A stretch of DNA of 64,000 nucleotides from an uncultured Alistipes sp. (GCF_963931675.1 NZ_OZ007039.1:1771806-1835805); one strand, 5' to 3'. Shown: positions 29,165-39,189, counted from the first letter of the stretch. Notes: a model not told the origin generated them from the sequence alone. Program-made: numbers and translations.

Positions 29165-29461
29165 TTATTTCTCAAGTTTCGACTTGAACTTGTCGATTTG
29201 TCGTTTCAGGGCATCGATGGCCTCGTCGACGGACTCTTCGAATGCCTTCGACTGATGGCAGGCCACCAGGTCTTCGCCCGGCATGTGCAGCGTAATGGTT
29301 GCTATCTTATTTCCTTTTTCGTGGTCCTTATCGAGTTTGAGAATGACGTCGGCGCCTGTCGAGCGCTCCGCAAAGCGGTCCAACTTCGCCATTTTGGCAT
29401 TCACGAATTCGATCAGCCGTTTGTCGGCGTCGAATTTCACGGATTGAATCTGTACGTTCAT
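29165..29461 (-). CDS. hpf: ribosome hibernation promoting factor / RaiA family protein
   Basis: Short (98 aa) HPF-like sequence MNVQIQSVKFDADKRLIEFVNAKMAKLDRF...ITLHMPG. Confidence 0.75.
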   Translation of the reverse strand: MNVQIQSVKFDADKRLIEFVNAKMAKLDRFAERSTGADVILKLDKDHEKGNKIATITLHMPGEDLVACHQSKAFEESVDEAIDALKRQIDKFKSKLEK

Positions 29462-29483
29462 AGCCTTACAGTTTATAAAATGA

Positions 29484-30386
29484 TCATTTGCCTCCCTTTC
29501 CGCGGGGATGGGCCTTCGCGTAAGCCTCCCGGAGCCGAGCGATGCTGTTGTGGGTGTACACCTGCGTGGCCTGCAGCGATGCGTGTCCCAGGAGTTCCTG
29601 GATTTCGCGCATGTCGGCGCCTCCGTTCAACAGGTGTGTGGCAAACGTATGGCGAAGAACGTGGGGGCTTTTCTTGCCCTGTACGCCTCCGCGATCGAGT
29701 TCCTTCTTCACGATGCGGTACACGGTAGTCCGGGAAATGCGTTTTCCTTGGTGTGTTAAAAATAGCGCTTTTTCCCCGGATTTGCAAATATTTTGCCTTT
29801 CAATTGTCCCGAGGTAGGATAAAATTTTTTCCCGGATGAATTCCAGAACGGGCACCAGCCGCTCCTTGTCCCCCTTGCCGTGGACGCGCAGCGAGGTGTA
29901 GTTGTCGGAGAAGTCGCCGCGGTCGATCCCGACGAGTTCGGCCAGGCGCAGCCCGCAGCCATAGAAGAGCAGGATGATGAGCGAATCCCGCTCCTGCCCG
30001 AAGTCGTCGCTTTCGACCTCGCAGTCGCGGACGATCCCGCTCATGCGGTTTTCGGAAATGAAGGCCGGCAGGCGCCGCGAGGTGCGGAGTGAGGCGACGG
30101 ACTGCACGACATTGCGTTCGACGACGCCCCGGCTGAGGAGCCAGCGGAAGAAGGAGCGCAGCGACGAAATCTCGCGGTTCATCGATGCGGCGCCGATACG
30201 GTCCTTCTCCGTGCGGTGGAGGATCCACTCGCGGATATCTTCGGTGGCGACCCGGCGGAGTCCTTCGGGGGAGTCGTCGACTCTGAGCCATGCCAGGAAC
30301 TGCGCCACGTCGTGACGGTAGTTGCGGAGCGTGAGCGGCGAGTAGCGGCGTTCGGCTTCGAGGTATCGGATGAATTCGTCCAGCAT
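29484..30386 (-). CDS. tyrosine recombinase XerC/XerD family
   Basis: N-terminal core-binding block LDEFIRYLEAERRYSPLTLRNYRHDV. Catalytic RHTFATHLL...GHASLQATQVYTH with the Tyr nucleophile. Confidence 0.75.
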   Translation of the reverse strand: MLDEFIRYLEAERRYSPLTLRNYRHDVAQFLAWLRVDDSPEGLRRVATEDIREWILHRTEKDRIGAASMNREISSLRSFFRWLLSRGVVERNVVQSVASLRTSRRLPAFISENRMSGIVRDCEVESDDFGQERDSLIILLFYGCGLRLAELVGIDRGDFSDNYTSLRVHGKGDKERLVPVLEFIREKILSYLGTIERQNICKSGEKALFLTHQGKRISRTTVYRIVKKELDRGGVQGKKSPHVLRHTFATHLLNGGADMREIQELLGHASLQATQVYTHNSIARLREAYAKAHPRGKGGK

Positions 30387-30522
30387 GTAGGCAAGTATAT
30401 AAAAAGGTGAGCGCAACGGCAGACGAAAACCGGGTTTTCAGGTTCGGCCATGCCGGGCTGCAGCCTGTATGCTGTAAAGATAGCGAAAAACTCCTATCTT
30501 TGTATGCAAAGAAGCCGAAGTT

Positions 30523-31107
30523 ATGAAACAGCGATGGAAACCCGGCACGGTGCTTTACCCGTTGCCGGCGGTATTGGTGAGTTGCGGGGCGACGCCCGAG
30601 GAGTACAACCTGCTGACCGTGGCGTGGACTGGGACGGTCTGCACGAACCCTCCGATGTGCTCGATCTCGGTGCGGCCCGAACGCCACTCCTACGGGATCA
30701 TCCGCCGCACGGGAGAGTTCGTGATCAACCTGACGACGCGGCGGCTGGCCCGGGCGACGGACTGGTGCGGGGTGCGTTCGGGACGCGACTGGGACAAGTT
30801 CCGCGAAATGGGCCTGACGCCCGTGGCCTCGGAGGCGGTTGCGGCGCCGCTCCTTGCCGAGTCGCCCGTGAATATCGAGTGCCGGGTCCGCCAGGTGGTG
30901 CCGCTCGGGAGCCACGATCTCTTCATCGCCGAGGTGGTCGGGGTGCAGGTCGACGAGGCGCTGATCGATCCGGCAACGGGCCGTTTCTGCCTGGAGCGGG
31001 CCGATCCGATCGTCTACTCCCACGGGGAGTATTTCGTCCTGGGCGAAGCGCTGGGGCACTTCGGCTGGTCGGTGCGGAAGCGGAAGAAGGGGGCGAAGCA
31101 TCGCTGA
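30523..31107 (+). CDS. flavin reductase-like (FMN-binding) family protein
   Basis: LYPLPAVLVSCG...NLLTVAWTG is typical of the flavin reductase-like domain. A paralogue sits at 54745-55302. Confidence 0.65.
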   Translation: MKQRWKPGTVLYPLPAVLVSCGATPEEYNLLTVAWTGTVCTNPPMCSISVRPERHSYGIIRRTGEFVINLTTRRLARATDWCGVRSGRDWDKFREMGLTPVASEAVAAPLLAESPVNIECRVRQVVPLGSHDLFIAEVVGVQVDEALIDPATGRFCLERADPIVYSHGEYFVLGEALGHFGWSVRKRKKGAKHR

Positions 31108-31349
31108 TCCGTGCTGAATCCGCCCTGTTTCGCCGCAATCCGAGGGGTGCTGCCGGAAGTTTTGGCGGGGCGCCGTTCGAGGGAACGGCACCCCGTTCTT
31201 TTTTGGCCGGAGGGGATTCGGACAGGGGCAGGACGGGAACAGGACGCATAAAATCACGAATAGGCGTAAATATTTGCCTTTCAGGTTTGTTAATCCGTGA
31301 ATTTTTGCTATATTTGACCAATTGTGAACCTTAACTCATCTCTCCGCAT

Positions 31350-32651
31350 ATGGCAATCATTGATCTTGTACGATGGGCGCCTCAGGACGGCGAAACGATT
31401 TTCGCCTGGCGTTTCCCGCATACGAATCTGAGTACCTACACGCAGTTGATCGTCCAGGAGTCTCAGGAGGCGGTCCTCTTCTCCAAGGGGCAGATCATGG
31501 GTAAGTTCGGGCCCGGAAAGCACACGCTCAACACGGAAAACCTGCCCGTTCTGCGTTCGCTGTTCGGCATCCCGTTCGGCGGTCGGAATCCGTTTACGGC
31601 CGAAGTGTGGTTCGTCAACCGGATCCAGACCTTCAGCATCGACTGGTCCATCGACCGGATGACGATCCACGACGCGGACTATAACACGCAGCTGCCGCTG
31701 ACGGCCTCCGGACAGTACGGCCTGGTGGTCTCCGATGCCGAGAAGTTCCTCGTGAAGATCGTCGGCACCCGGAGCGAATTCACGCAGGACGACCTCACGG
31801 AGCAGTTTACGGGCGAATTCTCGACCAAAACCAAGTCGACCATCCTGCAGTACATGCTGAAACACCGGGTGGGATTCAAGCAGATCTCGGCCTACCTGGA
31901 CATGATCTCCGAGTACCTGAAGAGTGCCATGAACCCCTTCTGGGAGGATCTGGGGCTACAGCTGACGAAGTTCTACGTGAGCACGATCGAGATCGACGAC
32001 TCCACGCCCGACGGACGGCGCGTGAAGGAGGCGATTGCGCAGCAGGCGGCCATGTCCATTACGGGCCACACCTGGCAGCAGGAGCAGATGTTCGATACGG
32101 CGAAGTCGGCGATCGGCGGCCTGGGCGACAATTCGGGCGGACTGCTGGGCGGGCTGCTGGCCGTGAACATGATGGGCGGCCTGGGCGGCGGGAATGCCGC
32201 CGGGGTGATGCAGCCGCAATACAACCAGCCGACCTTCGGAGGTCCGGTCGCTGCGGCTCCGGGCCCCGGCGCTTCGGGAGGCACGGGCGCCCCGACGGGC
32301 GGTGCGGCGCCGGGCGGTGAACAGCAGGTGAAGATGGTCTACTGCTCGAACTGCGCGAAGAAATTCCCGAGCAACATGCGCTTCTGCCCCCATTGCGGCG
32401 ATCCCTACAATCCCTGCCCGCACTGCGGGACGGATAACGACCAGAACGCCAAACGGTGCGTAAGCTGCGGCGCCTACCTGCAGACCGGGGCGGGCGTCTG
32501 CCCGAACTGCAACGCGCCGCTTGCTCCCGGCAGCTCCTTCTGCGGGCACTGCGGCTATCAGGTTGTCACCTCGGGGGATGTCTGCAGCCGCTGCGGGGCT
32601 CCGCTTCCGCCTTCGGTGAAGTTCTGCCCCCGCTGCGGGAACAAACGTTGA
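31350..32651 (+). CDS. SPFH/band-7-like domain protein with a Gly-rich linker and five C-terminal CxxC...CxxC zinc-ribbon repeats
   Basis: The N-terminal ~250 aa resemble SPFH-domain proteins of the 'virion core protein-like' type. The C-terminus has five repeats of CxxCG(x)nCPxCG (CSNCAK...CPHCG, CPHCG...CVSCG, CPNCN...CGHCG, CSRCG...CPRCG). Confidence 0.55.
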   Translation: MAIIDLVRWAPQDGETIFAWRFPHTNLSTYTQLIVQESQEAVLFSKGQIMGKFGPGKHTLNTENLPVLRSLFGIPFGGRNPFTAEVWFVNRIQTFSIDWSIDRMTIHDADYNTQLPLTASGQYGLVVSDAEKFLVKIVGTRSEFTQDDLTEQFTGEFSTKTKSTILQYMLKHRVGFKQISAYLDMISEYLKSAMNPFWEDLGLQLTKFYVSTIEIDDSTPDGRRVKEAIAQQAAMSITGHTWQQEQMFDTAKSAIGGLGDNSGGLLGGLLAVNMMGGLGGGNAAGVMQPQYNQPTFGGPVAAAPGPGASGGTGAPTGGAAPGGEQQVKMVYCSNCAKKFPSNMRFCPHCGDPYNPCPHCGTDNDQNAKRCVSCGAYLQTGAGVCPNCNAPLAPGSSFCGHCGYQVVTSGDVCSRCGAPLPPSVKFCPRCGNKR

Positions 32652-32671
32652 ACCTCAGAAAATCCCGAACC

Positions 32672-33376
32672 ATGCAAAAAACACTCTCCTGGATCGCCCT
32701 GGTGGGCGGTGAAATCGTCATTTTCGTCGCATTCCGCCTGTGGGGCGGGGGGCTCCTGCCCGAAATCCGCACCTTGAACACAGCCGTCTCGATGATCGTG
32801 CTGGCGCTGTTTTTCGTCGACATCCTGATCCCGTGGGTCGACTGGAACGGCCGCAGCGGGAAACGCCTCGGAGCACTCGGCCTGCGGTGGGTCGCTACGG
32901 GCCTTTACGCCGTGGCGGCCGTCGCCGTCATGCTGCTGTGCAATGTGGCTTTCCAGACACTTTTCTCGACGCAACTGCTGATCCACTGCATCCTGCTGCT
33001 GGGGCTGGTGCTCGGCTTCTCGGCGGTCGTCGGGGCTTCGGCCAAGGTGGGGGCGGTCCATGCCCGGGAAGAGCAGCTGCGCTCCGGGCTCGACGACCTG
33101 AAACAGCGCGTCCGGCAGTTGCAGCGTGTCGCCGCAGGTATTCCCGATCTCCCGGCTGCCGATCGGAGCCGGATCGACGCTCTGGCGGGTGAGCTTCGTT
33201 TCGTGGCGCCCTGCCGCACGGCGGAGGCCGCAGCACTCGAGAAGGAGTTCGGCGAAGCGCTCCAAACCCTCGAATTCGCACTCCCGGCCCACGCCATGAA
33301 CCGCGGGGCGGTCGAATCGGCGCTGGCCCGGGCTGAACGCCTCTGCGCGGAACGAAAAACGCTCTACACCAACTAA
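32672..33376 (+). CDS. integral membrane protein (4 predicted TM helices) with a C-terminal coiled-coil-like tail
   Basis: Hydrophobic segments WIALVGGEIVIFVAF, MIVLALFFVDILIPW, YAVAAVAVMLLC and LIHCILLLGLVLGFSAVVG. The start is chosen at MQKTLSW. Confidence 0.5.
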   Translation: MQKTLSWIALVGGEIVIFVAFRLWGGGLLPEIRTLNTAVSMIVLALFFVDILIPWVDWNGRSGKRLGALGLRWVATGLYAVAAVAVMLLCNVAFQTLFSTQLLIHCILLLGLVLGFSAVVGASAKVGAVHAREEQLRSGLDDLKQRVRQLQRVAAGIPDLPAADRSRIDALAGELRFVAPCRTAEAAALEKEFGEALQTLEFALPAHAMNRGAVESALARAERLCAERKTLYTN

Positions 33377-33391
33377 CCCAACCTAATAACC

Positions 33392-35689
33392 ATGAAAGGA
33401 AAAATTTTCCCTGAATCTACGAATAGTTATCAGGATCAGGCCAAGATCCTGTTCAACTATTATCAGCAGGCTGCTGAAAAGATTGTCGCGGAGGAGGAGC
33501 GCATCGAGAAGGAGATTGCGGTCCTGGAGGAGGAGAAGGTCCAGCTCGGAAAGGAGATCGGCGGACTGTGGTGGTGGTTTTTGACGATCATTTTGTTCTT
33601 TGTCTATTTCATCAAGAAGAACGGTCTGCAGAAGCGGATTACGGAGATCGATAGCCGGATCGCCGGGTTCCGGCGGCAGCACGCCGAAATCTTCCGGGAT
33701 TACAAGGTGACCAAACTCGGCGTGGTCTACGTTCCGGTTGCGGACCAGATCAAGTACGAGGACCGGAGTTTCATCGTCGACTATACGGGCAAGGTCCCCG
33801 AATCGGAGGTTACGCTGCAGCTGTCGCGCCGGAACGACCTGCTGATCGAGACCATCGGGCGTCTCGAAAAGCTTTCGGACGAGGCGCCGATCGTCGAGGG
33901 TTCGCAGGAGATCGAGACCGTCGGGACGGAGGACTATTCGACCTCGATCCAGCAGATCAACCAGCACGACTACCTGGGGAACCTGGAGCGTTCGCTGCGG
34001 ACGATCTCCTACTGCATGGACGACCTCGACACGACGTCGGTGTCGCTGCCGCTGGTTGCCGACCAGAGCGACTACCTGCAGTTCCTCAATGAATATGCCA
34101 CGCGGGAGTTGCCCGAACGTGCGGCCGTGATCCCGGTCTTCGACAAGGCACGCTACACCGAGAGCATCGAGAAGTTCCAGGAACTGAACCGCCTCAAGGA
34201 TTCGCTGTCGACCAAGACCCAGCAGTTCGAGGATGTGCTCAAGTCGCTCATGTCCACGATCGCCAACTCGGTGCAGGCGATTTCGGCCCTGAAGGTGGCC
34301 TCGGTGGACAAGGTGGTCCTGGAGTCGAACAAGATCCTCTATCAGATCCTGAAGGCGCCTTACAACCACTACTCGCCGATGCTGGAGTTCGAGGAGATCG
34401 AGCGCATCCGCAACGAGCAGTTCGATTACAGCGAGGATGTGCAGAGCTACGTACCGTTCAAGTTGCGGCAGAGCTCGCGGGTGCGTTTCAACCTGGTGAC
34501 GGGGCTCTGGACATCGGAGGACGGAAATACGACCAACATGCCTTTCGGCGTGCACCAGCTCTATGAGGAGATCGTGGCGCCGGTGGTCCAGAACCTGATG
34601 ACGGAGAACCGGATCGAGCGCCTGAAGATCTACAACCACATCAAGGACCAGAAGATCGACTACCTGAACAAGTGGCATCAGGATACCGACGCCTTCTACC
34701 GGGCCAACCGGGCCGAGAGTGCCGACATCATCAACCTGATGCAGGAGAGCCTTCGCGAGTACGTGGCGGCCTACAATACGCTGATCTCCCTGCAGCGGAC
34801 CGAGGACAGCATGGTGCAGTCGAACGGCGAGCTGGATTCCACGGTGGTGGATGTGGTCGACAATACGGCAGAGACCCTCGCGGCCTTCGAGCTGCAGTCG
34901 CAGGAGTTCCAGAAGACGCAGGCCAACTTCGAGGAGTACATGGAGCGCCTGAAGGAGGACATCGATCTGAAAGCCGAGAAGTTCGGCTATATCGAGTATT
35001 ACGATGCGAAACTGCGCGACGGTTATTCGCACGAGGCGGCCGTTGCGTCGAACGAAATCCATGCCCTGGACGAGCGGCGCAAGTCGCTGGCTACGGTGAA
35101 CCCGCTCTTCGCCAAGACCACGGAACTGCCTCCCCAGCCCAATGTCGAGGCCATCACGTTCGAACACATCTCGCTGAACCTGCCGGTGATCGCCAAGGCG
35201 GCGCTGGAGGATCTCGGTGCCGGGCCGGAGGAGTCTGAAGATCCGGACGACGGGGCAACTCCGGGGGATCCGGACGCAGCCGCGCTTTCGGAATCGGGTC
35301 CCGCCGGAGCGGATGAAGAGGCTGATGAGGAGGTGGAGATTGACGGTGACGACGAGGAGGATGACGACGAGGGGGATGACGGCGAAGGAGACGAGGAGGA
35401 CGAAGGAAACGAGGAGGATGAGGACGAAGATGACGAGGAGGATGAGGACGAAGACGATGAGGAAGATGAGGAAGATGAGGAGGATGAGGAGGATGAGGAG
35501 GATGACGAGGATGACGAGGATGACGAGGATGAGGATCCGTTGACACGTGAGGATTTGGAGGCGATGAGCGATGAAGAACTGATGGAAATTCTGGATTATC
35601 TCGAACTGGAGTATGCGGCGGAGCCTTTCGATCGTGAGGAGGCTATCGCGACGATCCTGGAGGTGCAGAACGAATCCGATAACGAATAA
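33392..35689 (+). CDS. large hypothetical protein (765 aa) with one N-terminal TM segment and a ~110-aa poly-acidic (D/E) C-terminal tail
   Basis: TM segment LWWWFLTIILFFVYFI. The tail is encoded by GAG/GAT/GAC repeats at about 35215-35545. Confidence 0.55.
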   Translation: MKGKIFPESTNSYQDQAKILFNYYQQAAEKIVAEEERIEKEIAVLEEEKVQLGKEIGGLWWWFLTIILFFVYFIKKNGLQKRITEIDSRIAGFRRQHAEIFRDYKVTKLGVVYVPVADQIKYEDRSFIVDYTGKVPESEVTLQLSRRNDLLIETIGRLEKLSDEAPIVEGSQEIETVGTEDYSTSIQQINQHDYLGNLERSLRTISYCMDDLDTTSVSLPLVADQSDYLQFLNEYATRELPERAAVIPVFDKARYTESIEKFQELNRLKDSLSTKTQQFEDVLKSLMSTIANSVQAISALKVASVDKVVLESNKILYQILKAPYNHYSPMLEFEEIERIRNEQFDYSEDVQSYVPFKLRQSSRVRFNLVTGLWTSEDGNTTNMPFGVHQLYEEIVAPVVQNLMTENRIERLKIYNHIKDQKIDYLNKWHQDTDAFYRANRAESADIINLMQESLREYVAAYNTLISLQRTEDSMVQSNGELDSTVVDVVDNTAETLAAFELQSQEFQKTQANFEEYMERLKEDIDLKAEKFGYIEYYDAKLRDGYSHEAAVASNEIHALDERRKSLATVNPLFAKTTELPPQPNVEAITFEHISLNLPVIAKAALEDLGAGPEESEDPDDGATPGDPDAAALSESGPAGADEEADEEVEIDGDDEEDDDEGDDGEGDEEDEGNEEDEDEDDEEDEDEDDEEDEEDEEDEEDEEDDEDDEDDEDEDPLTREDLEAMSDEELMEILDYLELEYAAEPFDREEAIATILEVQNESDNE

Positions 35690-35701
35690 AAACGACTTCC
35701 T

Positions 35702-36625
35702 ATGGCTTATATTGATTGTGTAGTAGATACTCAGCCGATGGCTCGGGAGATCGATTCCGTCTCCAACCATATCAAAGGCACCACGGCGGCGGTCGTGGGA
35801 ATGCAGGCTGCCGTCATCAAAGCGGAGGAAGAGGCTTCGAACCATGTTTGCGAGAATGTCAACCGGGGATTCTATACGCTGATCCACTCGCAGATCTCGC
35901 AGAAAATCGCCAAACTCAAGAGTGAGGTCGATTCCCACCTGATGCAGCTGAACCAGCAGCGCAAGCAGCTGCTGGCGATCAAGAGCCGCATGGAACGGGA
36001 TTACAACATGATTTCGGCACGCTACCTGAAACTCTTCAACGGCCTGAACCAGAACCTCCGGCAGCGCGTTTTCGAACTGGACAAACCGACGATTGAATTT
36101 GCGGTGAAGGATGTGGACAAGATCACGAACCGCACGAGACTTCTGCCGGGTGCGGTTCCGGTCGTGCAACTCGAATCGCTGGAGATGAGCCAGCGGATCC
36201 TGGCTTCGAACATCAAGTACCGGGGATTGTCGGTCATCAACTCGATGAAACGCTTCCTGCAGGACATGTACGCGCAGAAACGCCTTACGGATCGGATCCT
36301 CCTGCCGGAGCAGACCTCCGTGGAGCACGCTGCGCTGGCGGTTCCGGTGATCATCTGCGAATCGAACTATGACAAGCACGACAATCGCCGTCTGGACATC
36401 GTGGTGGCGCAGACGGGCCTTTCGAACGAAGCCCGGGTGCGGATCCAGAGCACGATCGGCGAGATGGCCGGATCCCTGCCGTGGAGTGCGGACGAGGCTC
36501 CGGGTGCGGAGATCTGCAGTGAGTTCAACCGCTGTCTGGCGGCTTCCGAGGCTTCGCAGCGCGTGAAGGAGATGGCGACGCGGCTGTTCATGACCCACGG
36601 TTATCAAACCGTTAAAACGCGCTGA
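35702..36625 (+). CDS. hypothetical protein, paralogue of the next gene
   Basis: Shares the block MERDYNMISARYLKLFNGLNQNLRQRVFELDKP with the MEVDYNRISTRYLKIFDELNSELKNRIFELDRP block of the downstream gene. Confidence 0.5.
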   Translation: MAYIDCVVDTQPMAREIDSVSNHIKGTTAAVVGMQAAVIKAEEEASNHVCENVNRGFYTLIHSQISQKIAKLKSEVDSHLMQLNQQRKQLLAIKSRMERDYNMISARYLKLFNGLNQNLRQRVFELDKPTIEFAVKDVDKITNRTRLLPGAVPVVQLESLEMSQRILASNIKYRGLSVINSMKRFLQDMYAQKRLTDRILLPEQTSVEHAALAVPVIICESNYDKHDNRRLDIVVAQTGLSNEARVRIQSTIGEMAGSLPWSADEAPGAEICSEFNRCLAASEASQRVKEMATRLFMTHGYQTVKTR

Positions 36626-36627
36626 TT

Positions 36628-37650
36628 ATGGGCTACAGACGAAGTTTTACGAAACGAATTGCCGTCCACTACTCCGGGAGCGTCTCCTATCCGGCGTCGC
36701 AGAACGGAGGCAGTGTCTCCTACAGCGGTACGGCGTATGAGGATGTGACGGTGAACATCGATGTGGCTACGGAGCCCTTTGAGCATAGCGTCGCGCGGTG
36801 CAACAACCATGTGGGGACGCTGACCGGGGCTGTCGTGGCGACGGAGGCCGCGCAGATCGCCTCGATCCGTGAGAATGCGCGGAAGGTGGGGCAGACGATC
36901 ATCGACGGCTTCTTCAAGACGGTGCGTTCCGAAATCAGCCAGCAGATCTCCGAGTTGTCGAGCCGGATCAATGCCACGCTGGTGCACCTGCAGGAACTGG
37001 CCAAACGGTGTGTGGACAAGCAGCGGCAGATGGAGGTCGACTACAACCGGATTTCGACGCGTTACCTGAAGATCTTCGACGAACTGAACAGCGAACTGAA
37101 GAACCGGATCTTCGAGCTGGACCGTCCGGCCTTCGTCTTCAAGGCGGACAGCGACGAGAGCGCCGCCCGTTTCGTCGAGGGGCCGCTGGTCGGCACGGCA
37201 ATCGTGTCGGGCAGCGAGGAGAGTTCGCTGCAGGCGCTGATCTCGGCGTCGCGGAGCAAGAAGCAGGCGCAGGATACGATCCATGAGATCGACCGTTTTC
37301 TGACCAAACAGAAACGCCTGGATCAGTTGCTGCACCGCTGCATCCTGCCCGAGAACCGGGAATCCGCGGTTTATATTCCGATCTGCTATTTGGAGACTTC
37401 CGGAGAGAAGGGGGTAATCGACCGCCATCTTTACCAGGCGGAGTATCTTCCGACGGTTCCGTTGGCGCGGCTGGAGAATTCGTTGTCCGCGGCGTCGTGG
37501 TCGGAGGTTCCGCAGTCGCGTGCCGAAAGCATCCGGAATTACTTCAACCGGGAGGTTTCCGGGCACTATGCCTCGACGAATCCGCACGAGACCCGGGTCA
37601 GGGAGTGCATTACCCGCCTGTTTAATATCGCAACCATAAAAAGCCTATAA
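36628..37650 (+). CDS. hypothetical protein, paralogue of the previous gene
   Basis: See the previous entry. There is a 2-nt intergenic gap. Confidence 0.5.
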   Translation: MGYRRSFTKRIAVHYSGSVSYPASQNGGSVSYSGTAYEDVTVNIDVATEPFEHSVARCNNHVGTLTGAVVATEAAQIASIRENARKVGQTIIDGFFKTVRSEISQQISELSSRINATLVHLQELAKRCVDKQRQMEVDYNRISTRYLKIFDELNSELKNRIFELDRPAFVFKADSDESAARFVEGPLVGTAIVSGSEESSLQALISASRSKKQAQDTIHEIDRFLTKQKRLDQLLHRCILPENRESAVYIPICYLETSGEKGVIDRHLYQAEYLPTVPLARLENSLSAASWSEVPQSRAESIRNYFNREVSGHYASTNPHETRVRECITRLFNIATIKSL

Positions 37651-37652
37651 TC

Positions 37653-38624
37653 ATGAAGGAACTGAAAGAGATACGTTTTAATGAAACGGACATTCTGTTG
37701 CAGGACAACCTTGTCCGGGGCTCGATCCTGCCGGAAACGGTAGCCGAACTGAACCGGAATATCATCTTCAAGGGGGATACGGTGGTCGAAGGCCCCGTCT
37801 ACGGGCATCGCCTTGAGATTCAGCAGGGAAGCCTGGAGATTCAGGGTGCGGTGTTCGCGCAGTTCGAGTTGTATGTCAATTCGGAGGCCGGTGGGAACAT
37901 CACGTTCAAAAAATCTGTGGGGTCGGCCAATACGATTGTTTCGCGGGCTTCCAACTGCCGGTTGGTTTTCCATTCGGACATCAATGCCAAATCGGTATCG
38001 TTGTGCAACGCCTTTGTGGCGGGCAGTGTGTATGCTGACGAGGTGGAGTTGGTGAACTGTGTGGTGATCGGAGGTGTTTTCGCCACGCAGTCGGTTGATC
38101 TCACCAACTCGATCGTGGGGACGTTCAACACGCCGTCGATCAAGGTCTCGGGCATCGTTCATCTGCTGCTGCCGAGTGCCTTCTCGGTGGAGAAGATGGT
38201 TGCGGCGGCGGGGACCCGCCTTTACAACCTGTGTCTGGCGGATCTGGGCGCTTTGTACAAGGGTTTTCCGGAGTCTGCGAATTCGGGCAAGATCGCCATC
38301 GATGTGGATGCCGACGAGGTGACGACGAAACTCTCCGACGATCAGGTCCAGAAGACGCTGCGGAGCTATACGGTGATCGGGAAGGTGCTGGCGGCGGATC
38401 TGCTGGATACGGACAAGTTCCAGAATCATTTTCTGCTGACGGCGGCGAGCCTGGGCCCGCAGTTGCTGAAGAGCTACGATCTGGGAGTCGACAAGGCGGG
38501 GAATCCGGCGACGCTTACCGTGGACCGGATCCGGGATTTCTTCTTCGACATTCTGAGCGGGAAGATTGCGATTCAGGACATGGACGGCAAGTTCAATATC
38601 TCGCAGATTGCCGGACGGGGTTGA
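37653..38624 (+). CDS. bactofilin-like beta-helix domain protein
   Basis: N-terminal repetitive hydrophobic-Gly pattern (IFKGDTVVEGPVYGHRLEI..GSLEIQGAVFA...NCVVIGGVFATQSVDLTNSIVG) characteristic of bactofilin/DUF583. Confidence 0.45.
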   Translation: MKELKEIRFNETDILLQDNLVRGSILPETVAELNRNIIFKGDTVVEGPVYGHRLEIQQGSLEIQGAVFAQFELYVNSEAGGNITFKKSVGSANTIVSRASNCRLVFHSDINAKSVSLCNAFVAGSVYADEVELVNCVVIGGVFATQSVDLTNSIVGTFNTPSIKVSGIVHLLLPSAFSVEKMVAAAGTRLYNLCLADLGALYKGFPESANSGKIAIDVDADEVTTKLSDDQVQKTLRSYTVIGKVLAADLLDTDKFQNHFLLTAASLGPQLLKSYDLGVDKAGNPATLTVDRIRDFFFDILSGKIAIQDMDGKFNISQIAGRG

Positions 38625-38684
38625 TTCCCTGCGGATGTTTCCGCCCCCCCCTCTTTCGGGTGAAGCCCTTGAAAAATGGTTGAA

Positions 38685-38724
38685 GAGAGGCCGGCCTTTA
38701 CGAAGGCCGGCCTCTCTTTTTCGG
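38685..38724. terminator. bidirectional hairpin terminator (agagaggccggcc...ggccggcctctcttttt)
   Basis: Perfect 13-bp stem with a T-run, between convergent genes. Confidence 0.55.
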
Positions 38725-38740
38725 ACGGGGTAGGGAGAAA

Positions 38741-39160
38741 TTACGATCCGGATTTTTCCGGATGCCCTTCGGTGAGCCGGTCGAGAATCTTCTGCGCCAC
38801 GATGCGCTGCCCGTCGGCCGTCATGTGCACGCCGTCGGGCGCATACTCCTTGAAAAAGGGCTGAAACGGATGGTAGATGTCGATGACCTCCCATCCGTAT
38901 CGGCGGGCAATGGCGGTCAGTTCGGGAATCAGCCGTCCGAGGCGTTCGTTGCCTCCGGTATATTTTGGCCCGGCCTGGGCATCGTTCATGGGCGGCGGCG
39001 TGACGAAGATACAGCGGGGGCTGGTGCGGCGCACCCATCCCGAGCGGGAGATGGTTTCGAGCAGGCGCGTGAAGTTGTCCGTAACTTCGTGCTGCCGATC
39101 GGCGAAGACGACTTTCGTATCGTTCGTGCCCAGGCATACGACGATCGCATCGCATCGCAT
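38741..39160 (-). pseudogene. SGNH/GDSL hydrolase lacking the N-terminal block I (truncated)
   Basis: Starts at MRCDAIVVCLGTNDT (block II GxND). Carries the DGVHMT block (DxxH) but no upstream GDS block. The repeat element at 39190 abuts the truncated start. Confidence 0.45.
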
Positions 39161-39189
39161 CCTTTTTTGACGCACTATTATGTTTATAT

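Noticed and set aside
29800-31257. 485-aa minus-strand ORF and the 294-aa ORF at 30450..31334
   Set aside because: They overlap or run antisense to the XerC/D and flavin reductase genes. The translations are Arg/Pro/Gly low-complexity.
33383-36607. 1074-aa minus-strand ORF
   Set aside because: It is antisense to three + strand genes. Its poly-Leu/Ile stretch is simply the complement of the GAG/GAT acidic-tail repeats.
36604-39155. ORFs 36604..37587(-) and 37566..39155(-)
   Set aside because: They run antisense to the paralogue and bactofilin-like genes. The real minus-strand gene in this stretch is only the truncated SGNH hydrolase at 38741-39160.
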